Part shown: positions 50,689 through 62,591 of the stretch, in pieces | Layout of the letters: the number at the start of each line of letters is the position of its first letter | Position numbering within the stretch: the stretch's first letter is position 1 | From: Leucoraja erinacea | Taxonomy: Eukaryota | DNA length: 64,000 nt | NCBI RefSeq assembly: GCF_028641065.1 | Contig: NC_073396.1 | Coordinates: forward strand, 22,816,001-22,880,000 | Reading direction: 5' to 3' | Position numbers and translations under genes: made by a program | The notes under the pieces: generated by a model | What the model saw: only the letters and a program-made list of their open reading frames with translations | The model's database searches: none | Told to the model about the DNA's origin: nothing

Positions 50689-52425
50689 CAGTGCCCTCCA
50701 TAATGTTTGGGACAAAGACCCATTATTCATTTATTTGCTTCTGTACTCCACAATTTGAGATTTGTAATAGAAAAAATCACATGTGGTTAAAGTGCCCATT
50801 GTCAGATTTTAATAAAGGCCATTTTTATACATTTTGTTTTCGCCATGTAGAAATTACAGCAGTGTTTATACATAGTCCCCCCATTTCAGGGCACCATGAT
50901 GTTTGGGACTCAGAAATGTCATGTAAGTGAAAGGAATCATGTTTAGTATTTTGTTGCATATCCTTTGCATGCAATGACTGCTTGAAGTCTGCGATTCATG
51001 GACATCACCAGTTGCTGGGTGTCTTCTCTGGTGATGCTTTGCCAGGCCTGTTTTGCAGCCATCCTTAGCTTATGCCTGTTTTGGGGGTAGTCCCCTTCGC
51101 TTTTCTCATCAGCATATAAAAGGCATGCTCAATTGGGTTCAGATTGACTTGGCCACTCAAGTATTTTCCATTTTTTAGCTTTGAAAACCTCCTTTGTTGC
51201 TTTCGCAGTGTGTTTAGGATAATTGTCTTGCTGTAGAATTCTAAAATTAGTTTTGAGGCATTTGTTTGAACTTGAGCAGAGGGGGTGTGTCTGTACACTT
51301 CAGAATTCATTATGCTACTGCCATCAGCTGTTGTATCATCTATGAAGATGATGAAGCCAAATAAAGTTACAAAAATAAGAAAAAATTAAAATAGGTTTCT
51401 GGGCTAGCTTACAGCTTATATTTAGTGTCAAATTAGGCTTGTCTAAGGTTGTGGGGTGTGGGAGATAATAAATCCTATAACATTGTCTTCCAAGTGACAG
51501 GCAGAGAGAGAAGGAGATAAAGATATCTTTGAAGTAGAGATCAAATGACCAATGTTTATGGGGAAGAGGCAATAAAGGAAGACGAGGAATAGGCAGTCAC
51601 ATCTTTGTAAACAGATGGCCCATGTTTAGGAGGGACCAAGTGACAAGGGAACACCAGGAAAGTGGAAATCAAATGACCAATGTTTATGGGGGAGGAGGTG
51701 ATAGAGGAAGAGAGACATAGGTGGTCACATCTTTGTAAACAGATGGACTATGTTTAGGAGGAACCAAGTGACAAAGAAAAAAAACCCAGGAAAGTGGAAA
51801 TCAAATGACCAATGTTTATGGGGGAGGAGGTGATAGAGGAAGAGAGATATAGGTGGTCACATCTTTGAAGCAAGAGGCAATAAAACAGATGGACTATGTT
51901 TATGAGGGACCAAGTGACAAAGAAAAAAAACCAGGAACGTGGAAATGAAATGATAAAGCAGATGGTCAATGTTTTTAGTATATCTTGTACCATGTAAACA
52001 AAAGGCCTTTGATGTGATGCAATCTGTGGAAACCTTTTCCTGTACCTCTGACATGATTAATGTCTGTGGAAGGTGTTAAGGGGAAAAAACCCTATTTAAG
52101 GCAATGTAATTCTGTTGTTAAGGGAAGAGGACTGGGGACAGTTGAGTGTCTACATTGGTCACTTAGCTGGAATCCTCGCTCCCTTCCATCGGCCGATGTT
52201 AAGTAAAGTTTTGAACTGGTCTACCAAACCGTTTGTGTGGTGTCTGTTTATTAAGAAGCGAACCTGGTTTAGTAGTTAAGATAAGTAGCTTTTTCAAAGA
52301 TCAGTGAGCCAGTATCTTCAGCAGCCAAACATGCCCGGGCCATAACACCCCCATCACCGTGTTTCACAGATGAGGTGGTATGCTTTGGATCTTGGGCAGT
52401 TCCTTCTCTCCTCTATACTTGCTCC
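50689..52425 (-). mobile_element. Truncated Tc1 transposon downstream of gene A, split by a solo LTR
   Basis: TA|CAGTGCCCTCCATAATG ITR. The internal sequence is the reverse complement of the Tc1 at 55491-57059 and resumes at 52297. Confidence 0.85.
51349..52296 (+). mobile_element. Solo LTR with tandemly expanded U3
   Basis: TGATGAAGCC...GCTTTTTCA, with perfect 4-bp TSD AAGA. Removing it restores the Tc1 sequence. TATA-like TATTTAA near 52093 and AGTAAA near 52202. Confidence 0.85.
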
Positions 52426-52779
52426 ATTCCTTGTTTCTATAAGAGGAGATTTCCCCCCCTTCCTTGCCTTTGCATATGAATTCCCTTTACCATACCTCTC
52501 CCTCTCCCATCTTCTCTGTAAGATGAAATTAACCAGCTTTCTCTTCTTCCCCAGTTGTGGAGAAGGAGTTAGAATCCTGCTTGTCGCTCCACAGATGCTG
52601 CCTGACCTGTGGAGCATTTCCAGTATTTGATTTTCGTTTTTTCTGCATTTACTTAATGACCAAAGATCCCCTGAAGGTTTTAGGATTCAAAGATTTCCTG
52701 GATATTCAATCCGTACAGGTAGTTGTGAGGCTAGACAGTGAGAAACAGTCAGAACACTTTTCCCAAGGAGAAGGAGTGG

Positions 52780-53915
52780 AGCCACTTTTAAGAAGCCAGA
52801 CAACTTTTAATAAGCCAGAGATACCCATCTGCGAAGTTTAGCGGGCATTTAACATTACCAATGAGCTAATGAAATTGCCCAGGCAGCAAAGGAGTTTAAA
52901 GGGCCTGTTCTACAAACCAACTTTGCAGCAACTGTCTTCGACCTTCAAGCTTAAGGGCATTCGCCTGAAAAACCTCGAGCTGGATCCACAGTCAGTGATG
53001 AAACCACGTGCTGGATCGACCGTCAGCGCGCGCGCACACACACACACACTCACACACACACACTCACACACACACACACACACACACACACAGCGGGGGG
53101 CCAGGGAAAGCGGGGGAGCTCTGTCTGAAATTCAGACTCGCGATGAGCTGGAAGGTAAAAGATGGCTGGCACAGTGTATGGTAAGTCCTTTAGAGAGCGG
53201 GGAAGTGGTAGAAAAGGGGAGGGAAGAGGAGAGAAGTGGAGAGAAGGAGTGGAGAGACTTTTAAGAAGCCAGACAACTTTTATAAAAGTCTAGCGGGCAT
53301 TTAACATGACCGGTCGGTTTTCCTTTGTTCTGAAAACTCCAATGAGCCAATTAAAATGCTGAGTCAGCAAAGGAGATTGCCTACGGCTACCTCGACTGCC
53401 TATAACAACATAGCAACCCACTACCACTGCACTACGTGTTCAAAAGAACCATGCTGACCAATTTTTACTTGCGGAAAAATTTTCAGCATGCTGAAAAATT
53501 TTCCTCGACCAAACCGAGGCTGCGAATATGTGGGAACTTCCCTCGAGGAGCATGAAGGAGAGTTACAGTGACATCCTAGGACCACGTGTGGACCATGCTG
53601 CGAGTTTGAGTCGAGCGCAAACTCTTCTAAACTTGCAAATTAGGTCCCCGCAGTGTGACAGGCCCTTAACTAAAACTACCTACGGCTACCTGGACTACGT
53701 ACAATGCCATGGTGATCCCACTACCACTGCACCTACCACTGCAAAAGTATCAATTTTCTCCACGGCGACCTCACTGAGGTTCCCAGAATGTGGGAACTCC
53801 TCTCGACCAGGAAGGAGACTGGCCAGAGACCACCAGCGGACCACCATGTGGCGATCATGAGGCGAGCGCAGAGTCTCTTGTACTCGCCTAAACAGTCGCC
53901 TAAGTGGGGCAGGCC
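52780..53915. mobile_element. Nested MITE fragments with GGGCCTGTCCCAC-type termini; relatives at ~31480-31617, ~35880-36120 and 61882-62055
   Basis: Recurrent termini GACAGGCCC/GGCCTGTCCCACT and shared internal blocks. PIF/Harbinger affinity is an inference. Confidence 0.5.
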
Positions 53916-54247
53916 CTTGACCCTGCCGCAGACAGCGTCGCCTGTTGAACGTTGCCGAGGTTGAGTGCTTTGGTTTCACGGTCACGCTGAGTAAGTGTCC
54001 GGGGACAGCTGAGTGCGGCTCCCTCCCACTTGCCACCAACGTTAGTTGCCCTGACGCCACTTTACTGAATCCGCAGCCAAGAGGTGGCTCCTCACTCGTC
54101 GCCGCCGCACTCGCTGACACCTTTAACTTCCAGGTTTCAGGAGGAGGGTTTAAACAGAGGCGAGTGGGGCTCAAGCTGAGAGACACTGCGGCCCGGGACC
54201 CTGCTCTGGGACGCTGACAGGAGCGAGAAGTCAAGGGGAGCCCAGTG

Positions 54248-54448
54248 ATGATGTTCGGCAGCGCCTTCCCGCTGGACGCAGCCACTTTTCTGATCCTCGG
54301 CGCCCTCTCCCTCTTGCTCCTCCTTTACTTTCGCCGCGGCTCTAAGTGCCATGGAGCGCTCAACCTGCCCCCGGGACCCCCTTGTCTGCCCATCATCGGT
54401 CACCTGCACCTGATGGATCTGAAGAAACCCCACGAGAGTCTCATGGAG
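54248..54448 (+). pseudogene. Orphan duplicate of CYP2 exon 1, with promoter from ~53920 and intron 1 to ~55234
   Basis: MMFGSAFPLDAATFLILG...PHESLME is open, 201 nt, with a GTAAGA donor and 3 aa differences from gene A. No plus-strand exon 2 follows in the window. Confidence 0.75.
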
Positions 54449-55490
54449 GTAAGAGGGAGCGGGAGGAGGCAGCAATGGGGGCCCGTTCTGTTCCCCACTT
54501 GCGCCCAGTGCTTGAGAGAAGCATCGCTGTCTCTATGTTGCTGCCGCTTAGATTCATCGCCCCAGAAATCTCAGCACTCCTGAGTTCAGTTTCACAACTT
54601 CCATCATTCACCGCTTGTAATCAGATGTTACCCGCTCAGATAAACTCGGCAGGATGTCCACTTCACACGGGCACAAAGTGCTGGAGTAACTGAGCGGGCC
54701 AGGCAGTATCTCTGGAGAAAAAGGATAGGTGACATTTCGGGTCAGGATCCTTCTTCAGACTGCTTTCTTTGTAGATGCTGCCTGGCCCGCTGAGTTACTC
54801 CTGCACTTTCTGTCTCTCTTTGATGTAAACCAGCATCTGCAGTTCTTCGTTTCCACAGGAGGTCCACTTGATCAGATCTGAACACAGTTTTCTACTGACA
54901 TCGTTAACTCCAGAATTGTTTGTCTCCCTGATCATCCCGTGAGGCACATACCTTTGCATAATTTCCAGGCTATTGTATGGCCAGAAGCCATCTCTTTTTC
55001 ATACACTGGGCGGCCACAGTAGCACAGTGGGGAGAGCTGCTGCCTCACAGCGCCAGAGACCCAGGTGCAATCATGACCCCGGGTGCTGTTTGTGTGGATT
55101 TTGCAAGTTCTCCCTGGGGGTTCCTTCCTCCTGCTCCGGTTAACTCCCACAGACGTGCGGGTTTGTAGGTTAAATGGCCTATGTTATTCGGACCCTTTCA
55201 GTTTACCAGAGAGTCCCGCTACACAGTGCCTCAATGTGGTGGGAAGAGCCCTCTCTACCACCTCTCCCTTTTATATTCAGGTATTATATTGACCTGTTTA
55301 TAATTGATGTATTAAATTAACATTTTTCACCTGTATTTATCATGATGATATGATGCCCGGAAACTTAAGGAAGTTAACAGTGTAGAGGTACCATCAGCCA
55401 TGATTGATGGCGGAGTAGAATTGATGGGCCGAATGACCTAATTCTGTTCCTATAACTTATGAACTTAGACAGATACAATTGTGGTATTTA

Positions 55491-57059
55491 CAGTGCCCTC
55501 CATAATGTTTGGGACAAACACCCATCATTTATTTATTTGCCTCTGTACACCGCAATTTGAGATTTGTAATAGAAAAAAATCACATGTGATTAAAGTGCAC
55601 ATAGTCAGATTTTATTAATGGGGGTATTTTTATACATTTTGGTTTCACCATATAGAAATGATAACAGCGTTTATACATAGTCCCCCCATTTCATGGCATC
55701 ATAATCATTGGGACACATGGCTTCACAGGTGTTTGTAATTGATCAGGTGTGTTTAAATGCGTCCTTAATGCAGGTATAAGAGAGCTCTCAGCACCCAGTC
55801 TTTCCTCCAGTCTTTCCATCAGCTTTGGAAACTTTTATTGCTGTTTATCAACATGAGGACCAAAGGTGTGACACTGAAAGTCAAAGAAGCCATTATCAGA
55901 CTGAGAAACAAGAATAAAACTGTTAGAGACATCAGCCAAACCGTTAGCTTACCAAAATCAACTGTTTGGAACATCATTAAGAAGAAAGAGAACACTGGTG
56001 AGCTTACTAATCACACAGGGACTGGCAGGCCAAGGAAGACCTCGACAGCTGATGACAGAAAAATTATCTCTATAATAAAGAAAAATCCTCAAACAACTGT
56101 ACGACAAATCAGAAACACTCTTCAGGAGCCAGGTGCGGATTTGTCAATGACTACTGTCCACAGAAGACTTAATGAACAGAAATACAGAGGCTACACTGCA
56201 AGATGCAAACCACTGGTTAGCCAGGTTAGTTTGCCAAGAAGTACTTAAAAGAGCAAATAGAGTTCTGGAAAAAGGCCTTGTGGACAGATGAGACAAAGAT
56301 TAATATATCGGAGTGATGGCAAGATCAAAGTATAGAGGACAGAAGGAACTGCCCAAGATCCAAAGCATACCACCTCATCTGTGAAACACTTTGTGGGGGT
56401 GTTATGGCCTGGGCATGTTTGGATGCTGAAGGTACTGGTGGTAGTAGCATAATGAATCCTGAAGTGTACAGTCACATGCAGACACTGCTCAAGTTCGAAT
56501 AAATACCTCAAAACTTCATGGCCGGCAGTTCATTCTCCAGCAAGCCAATGATCCTAAACATACTGCTAAAGCAACAAAGGAGTCTTTCAAAGCTAAAAAA
56601 TGGTCAATTCTTGAGTGGCCAAGTCAATCACCCGATCTGAACCAAATTGAGCATGCCTTTAAATGCTGATGAGAAAACTGAGGAGGACATGCCTCCAAAG
56701 CAAGCATAAGCTAAAGGTGGCTGTAATACAGGCCTGGCAGAGAATCACCAGAGAAGATACCCAGCAACTGGTGATGTCCATGAGTCGCAGACTTCAAGCA
56801 GTCATTGCATGCAAAATACTGACATGACATGGCCGCATCCCAAACATTATGTTACCCTGAAATGGGGAAACTATGTAAAAACACTGATGTAATTTCTACA
56901 TGGTGAAACCAAAATGTATAAAAATGGCCTTTATTAAAATCTGACAATGTGCACTTTAACCACATGTAATTTTTTTTCTATTACAAATCTCAAATTGTGG
57001 AGTACAGAGGCAAATAAATAAATGATGGGTCTTTGTCCGAAAGATTATGGAGGGCACTG
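55491..57059 (+). mobile_element. Full-length Tc1 transposon, transposase pseudogenised
   Basis: TA|CAGTGCCCTCCATAAT...ATTATGGAGGGCACTG|TA with ~200-bp ITRs. ORF from 55853 has HTH and GRPRK, WTDETK, and SPDLNQIE. Frameshifts present, second catalytic Asp altered (QQANDPKH). Confidence 0.93.
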
Positions 57060-57186
57060 TAAGATGCATTTGAAGGCAGATGGATATACGGTACCACATT
57101 CCAAAGAAAAACAATTGCCACATAAAGATGTTTTCTCACAGATTTCCTTTGCCAAATATTTTTATTCTGTCAAAGGATGTGTGACA

Positions 57187-57365
57187 TCAGCGACGCACAG
57201 CACACACGTTTTGGTATTTTGGGGATGATGTGAGGCCCACACCGGACACAAGCTCCAGATTGTTCACATTCGGGGGGACTTGAAACCGGAACTTCTGTAT
57301 CAGAATGGTAAAGAACAGGAAGAGCTCCACCCTGGCCAGGGTTTCTCCAGCACAGGCCCTGCGTC
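57187..57365 (-). CDS. CYP2 gene B exon 9
   Basis: GRRACAGETLARVELFLFFTILIQKF...CAVRR*. 179 nt. AATAAA on minus at 57161-57166. Confidence 0.85.
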
Positions 57366-59408
57366 CTGCAAAGGCACAAACATGTCAACGTTGCTCTAAC
57401 AGATCCAAAGTTTGATTAATTAATCCATCAAAATATAGAAACGTGGAAAAATAGGTGCAGGAGTAGGCCATTTTGCCCTTCGAGCCAGGACCACCATTCA
57501 ATATGATCATGGCTGATCATCTAAAATCAGTTCATGCTTTTTCTCCATATCCCTGGATTCCTTTAGCCCTGAGAGCTAAATCTAACTCTCTCTTGAAAAC
57601 AGCAAGTGAATTGGCCTCCACTGCCTTCTGTGGCAGAGAATTCCACAGATTCACAACTTTCTGGGTGAAGCGGTTTTTCCTCATCTTAGTCTTAAATGGC
57701 CTACCCCTTATTCTTAAACTGTGACCCCTGGTTCTGGCCACCCCCAACATTGGGTACAACTTTCCTGCATCTAGCCTGTCCAATACTTAAGAATTTTATA
57801 TGTTTCTATTAGATCCCCTCTCATCTTTCTAAATTCCACTGAATATACAGCATGAAATAGGCCCTTAGACCCACCGAGTCCACGACGACCATAAATCGCA
57901 CGTTCACACCAGCTTTATGTTTTCACATCCACTCCCTACACAATTTTTCAGAGGGCCAATTAAGCTACAAACCCACACATCTTTGGGATGTGGGAGGAAA
58001 CCAGAGGACCCGTAAAAAACACACGCAGTCAAAGAGAGAACGTGTAAACTCCACGCAGACAGCAACCGAAGTGAAGATTGAACTCAGCTCTCCGGCGCTG
58101 GTAGGCAGCAGCTCTACAAGTGGAGACACCGTGCTACTCTAAAAAATATTCACCTTCACTCCAAAATAATTAACAGTAATATTTTTCTCAAGGTAAAGCA
58201 AGGCCAATAAGAGCCATTTTAACTCCCCTTCCCAGTCCCACTCTGACCTTTCTGCCCTTGCAACGTTTTCACTCAGAGGGTGGTTCCAGGGTAGATGGAA
58301 CAAGCTGCCAGAGGAGGTAGTTGAAGCGGGTACTATTATAACATTGAAATGACACTTGGACAGGTATATGTATGTGTAGGTGGATACATATACAAAACAC
58401 ACACACATACATATACACACACGCACACATATCACGGAAGTGGCTGCGCTGCCTTGCAGCTGCGGCTCGCCTGCAGTCCGTTTTGTCTTTTCTTTTTTTT
58501 GTTTTCTTTTTGTCCCGGTTCAGTTTATTTTGGTTTGTTGGGTTGTGTATGTGTGGGGGGGAGCTTGTTTTTGGTCTCTTCCTACGGGGGGATGCGACCT
58601 TTTTTGTCGTACCCCCTGTCTCCGTCTCCATCGCCGTGAGGCCTAATGGCGGAGCTGGCGGAGCTGGCGGCCTCCAACGGGGACCGGCCTCAAGGCTCCG
58701 TAGGCAGAGCCAGGACTTATTTACCATCGCGAAGCTGGCCGACTTCGAGGCTGGGGTGGCTTTGTGGCAGTGGCAGCCTGACTTCGGGGCTGTGGCGGCG
58801 TTCCAGAGGCCCGACCGGGACTGTGGTGGCGTTCTGGCGCCGGCGATGCGACTTCGGGGCTGTTGCGGCGTTCCGGTGGCGGTGACCCGACTTCGGGGCT
58901 GTTGCGGCGTTCCGGTGGCGGTGACCCGACTACGGAGCCTCGGAGGGTCGGCCGCAGGCCCAGTGGACGATAGCGTCGGGAGCTCGCAGGTCACAGGTTG
59001 GTGACCTGTTTTTCCCGGGCTCCCGCAACACCAGCTTCGTCCGCTGGATGGGAGGGCAGCAGCTTCAGCAGCTTCGACCACCCCGGGCCGTGGAGTTTGA
59101 AACCGGCCCGTTCGCGGAGTTCGGATTCAGCTTACCATCTTGCTTACCATCACCCGGTAGGGTCACAACATCGGAGGCCAGGACTGCCCCAGTGCAGAGG
59201 GAGAGCAAGGAGGGAAGAGACAAGGACTTTGGGACTTTTGCCTTCCATCATAGTGAGGAGGTGCCTGGTGGACTCACTTTGGTGGATGTTAAAAACTGTG
59301 TAGAGTGTGTGTTTTGTTATTTTATTCCATGTTATGACTGCAAGGTTAAACCATTTTGTTTAACTGTAAATATGCAATGACAATAAATTTGAATCTAATC
59401 TAATCTAA

Positions 59409-60721
59409 TCTATATTACTAAAAGTAAGATCTTGACCGCTTTTGACTCACTGCGATGTGATTTCCGAGAGAACGCCTCCACGTACGGCCGTCATTTTTGG
59501 TCACCTCGCTCAGAGCCTCCTTCCGCCGGACTGGACTGGAGGATTTTTCCCATCGATGAAAAATCAGAGAGATATTAATGTTTTAAAAAATGTCGCCATT
59601 CTCTCTGCTGCCCCCACTGGCGGCAGGGGGGACTGTAAAACCTGGAAGTGTCGTGGCTCACTCTGTCTCTGCCAGATGGAGGAAGCTAGAGGGTCATGGC
59701 TCTCTGAGCTGCGAATAACACTGAACGCACGTCAACTCCATTGGGATGTGGTTTTCAGCAAATGTGTTTGTTCTTTGCAAAGTGTTTGCCCAATTAGGTT
59801 GGCTTATTAAAGGGCTTTCAGCAAATGTGTTTTGTTGGCTTGCAAAGTGTTTTTGTCCAATTGGCTTGGCTTTTGAAGGGCTTTCTTGCAACTGTTTTCG
59901 GATGGATAAAGCGTGAATAAACATTTTATTAGATCAGGATTGTGTTTAATTTCAAAATTGGCGCTCATTCTGAGATTTTCGCTTAGTCGCAAGATGGCGC
60001 TGACGACGTAATTTCCGGTTAGCGGCATGCTGGCGAGGAGCTTGTCATTTCCGGTTTGTGTCAAGAAGCGAGAGGGTGACGTCAAGATGGCGCCGAGCGC
60101 AAGCACCGTTGAATATTTCAAGAGAGCTGAATGCTCTGTCATTGTGTGTGTGTTTGTTGGATGTTATTTAAAGCACATTTTTGATTCAGCAGCAGCAGCA
60201 GCAGCCTCTACAGGAGGCTTTAAAAATTTGTTTTACACGCTGTATATTTAACACGTTCTGAAGTTACATTTTGTATTGGGTGAGTGCGTGCGAGTGAATG
60301 AGTGGGTGTGTGTGAATGAGTGTGTGTATGAGTGTGTGTATGAGTGTGTGTGTGAATGAGTCTGTGTATGAGTGTGTGTGCGAATGAGTCTGTGTGTGTG
60401 TGTGTGTTTGAGAATGAGTCTGCGTGTGTGTGTGTGTGTGTGTGTGTCATTCATTCCACCCTCTCCCCCTCTCTCACAGTCTGTCACCTGTTTTGGGCAG
60501 AATTGCTGGCAGTTTCTCAGCTGCCAGCCTGCCAGGTCTGAGTGACTGTACTGCCAGGCATCAGTGACTGAGCTGCCACCCCAAGAATCCATTTGGCCCA
60601 CAATGTCTATACTAGCCCGTTGGAAACCAGTACCTTCGGAACACAACACCCATACTATCGAAACTGGCCAGCAATGTTGGAAATGGAGGAGAGGTGGAAT
60701 ATTGCGTCCCACTTAATCTAA
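59409..60721 (+). mobile_element. Non-autonomous Helitron with deleted 3' hairpin, in gene B intron 8
   Basis: 5' end A|TCTATATTACTAAAAGT and ~330 bp shared with the 25616 copy. The 3' block is shared with 28760-28977 and ends GTCCCACTTAATCTAA|T. Confidence 0.75.
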
Positions 60722-60807
60722 TATGTATATATATTTATATATATGTGTGTGCCCTGGGATGAATGACAATAAAACCAAAGATGTCCAAGAATGGAGTAAC
60801 ATCTTAC

Positions 60808-60949
60808 CCATGGAGAAAGGAGCAAAAGCATCTCTCTTCACAAACTTCCCATCAGCGTCCAGAAAGTTGGAAGGGTTAAAGGCTCTCGGGTTTTCCCACT
60901 GAGTTTTATCGAAAAGCACCGAGGTCAGTAAGGGGATCACAGCAGTGTC
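60808..60949 (-). CDS. CYP2 gene B exon 8
   Basis: [47 protein letters not shown]. 142 nt. Confidence 0.85.
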
Positions 60950-62305
60950 CTGAAAATATAATTTACAATCGCTGTTGTTATTCTGTTTGAAAAGCATTGC
61001 GTCCACTGAAGGGGAATTAACAATCTTGGCAGCATTTTCACTCTTCTGCCTTTTACATATCTCCAATTTCCATCACTGCCAGCATCTTCACACTCAGTGA
61101 CATTAATCTCTGGAATTCTTTCTCAAAACCTCTCTGTCTCTCTGCCCATCACTCATCTTAAAGTAGGGATTTTTAATCACATTTCTTTTCCATTTATTTG
61201 TTCCCAGGATGTGGGCATTGCAGCAGGGTCAGGTGGTAATGCCCATGCCCCTGACCTAAGGAGGCAGTGAGGTGTCAACCTTTATTATGTGGATTTTAAT
61301 ACAAGGAACTGCAGATACTGGTTTACAAAAAAATACCCAATGGCCTTGAAAACTTAGCGGGTCATGCGGCCTCTGGAGAACATGGATATGTGATGTTTCA
61401 GTTCAGGATCCATCTGCAGACCCAGCGTCTGATGAAGGATCTGAAGGAGGAGTATGAAGAGGGGTTTCGACCTGAAACATCACCTATCCAAGTTTCCATA
61501 GATGGTGCCCTACCCTGCTGAGTTTGTTTTTCGACTATAATGTTGATCTGGTCGTACCAGAGAGAAACAGCAATTACTTTCCCTTAGAATGGCACAGCTG
61601 GTGGAGCGTCAGAGACCCCGGTTCAATCCTGACCTCGGGTGCTTCCTGTGTGGATTTTGCACGTTCTTCCTGTGACCTCCAGGTGTCTTCCCATATCCCA
61701 AATTCATGCAGGTTTGAAAGTTAATTGGCCTCAGTAAAATCACTCCCAGTGTGTAAGGAGTGCATGTGAAAGTGAGATAACATAGAACTTGTGTGAACGG
61801 GTGATCAATGGTCGGTGTGGACGTTGGGCCAAAGGTCCTGTCTCCATGCGTATCTCTAAACTAAACCAATTATGGGCATTAAAAGGCCTGTCCCACTTGG
61901 GCGTCATTTGCACGCCATTTACGCGACATCCTAAAAATTGGTTGGCACGCCGTGACACGCGCGTGATAGGCACATGACGCGGCAGTATGGCGTGGTGGAT
62001 TATGCAGTGATGCGCGGTAGTGCGCGGCGCCCCAGGATTTTGGGATGCACAAAATAACTCCTCATGATCCAGCCCTTTGAATCATATAACACATAACATA
62101 CCACCAACTAGGGCAGCACGGTGGCCACCCTCTCAATGCCACTCCATCAATTCCCTTCCAAAAGCACACAATACACCAGAAGCTATGTTATATAAAATTG
62201 CACAAATAAATTTATGAGCCTAAGACATCAACAACCCACTTGCTCCCTCCCTGGAGTAAATACCAAATATCAGGAGCCAATGAGCCACCCACATCCCTTA
62301 TCTAC

Positions 62306-62494
62306 CTTTGGGATGAAATATCCTTTAAAGTTTACGTCCGCTGTTGTTGAATGCAGCAGGTTCATTGGTACAATGGTGCCAAACCTCTGGACTTCATGGA
62401 TCACTGCATTGGCGTAGGGCAAATTCGTCCGATCTTCTGCTCTAGGCGACCGTTCTGACCCAATGATACTGATGATTTCCTCGTGAAACTTTCT
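62306..62494 (-). CDS. CYP2 gene B exon 7 (189 nt; 1-bp insertion, so pseudogene or sequence error)
   Basis: HEEIISIIGSERS...IHEVQRFGTIVPMNLLH...GYFIPK. Reads AAAGTTTCAC where gene A has AAAGTTCAC. Confidence 0.75.
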
Positions 62495-62591
62495 CTGGAA
62501 AACCAAGGGCATCGTTAAAAGCAATGGGCAGCAGGGCTAGAGTTGGGATTCACACACGGGATGCATAGTAATCAATCAGACCGCTCCTCAC

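Noticed and set aside
58269-59081. 270-aa and 210-aa overlapping ORFs
   Set aside because: They lie in a GC-rich interspersed repeat with internal tandem units, and the frames are not conserved in the other copies.
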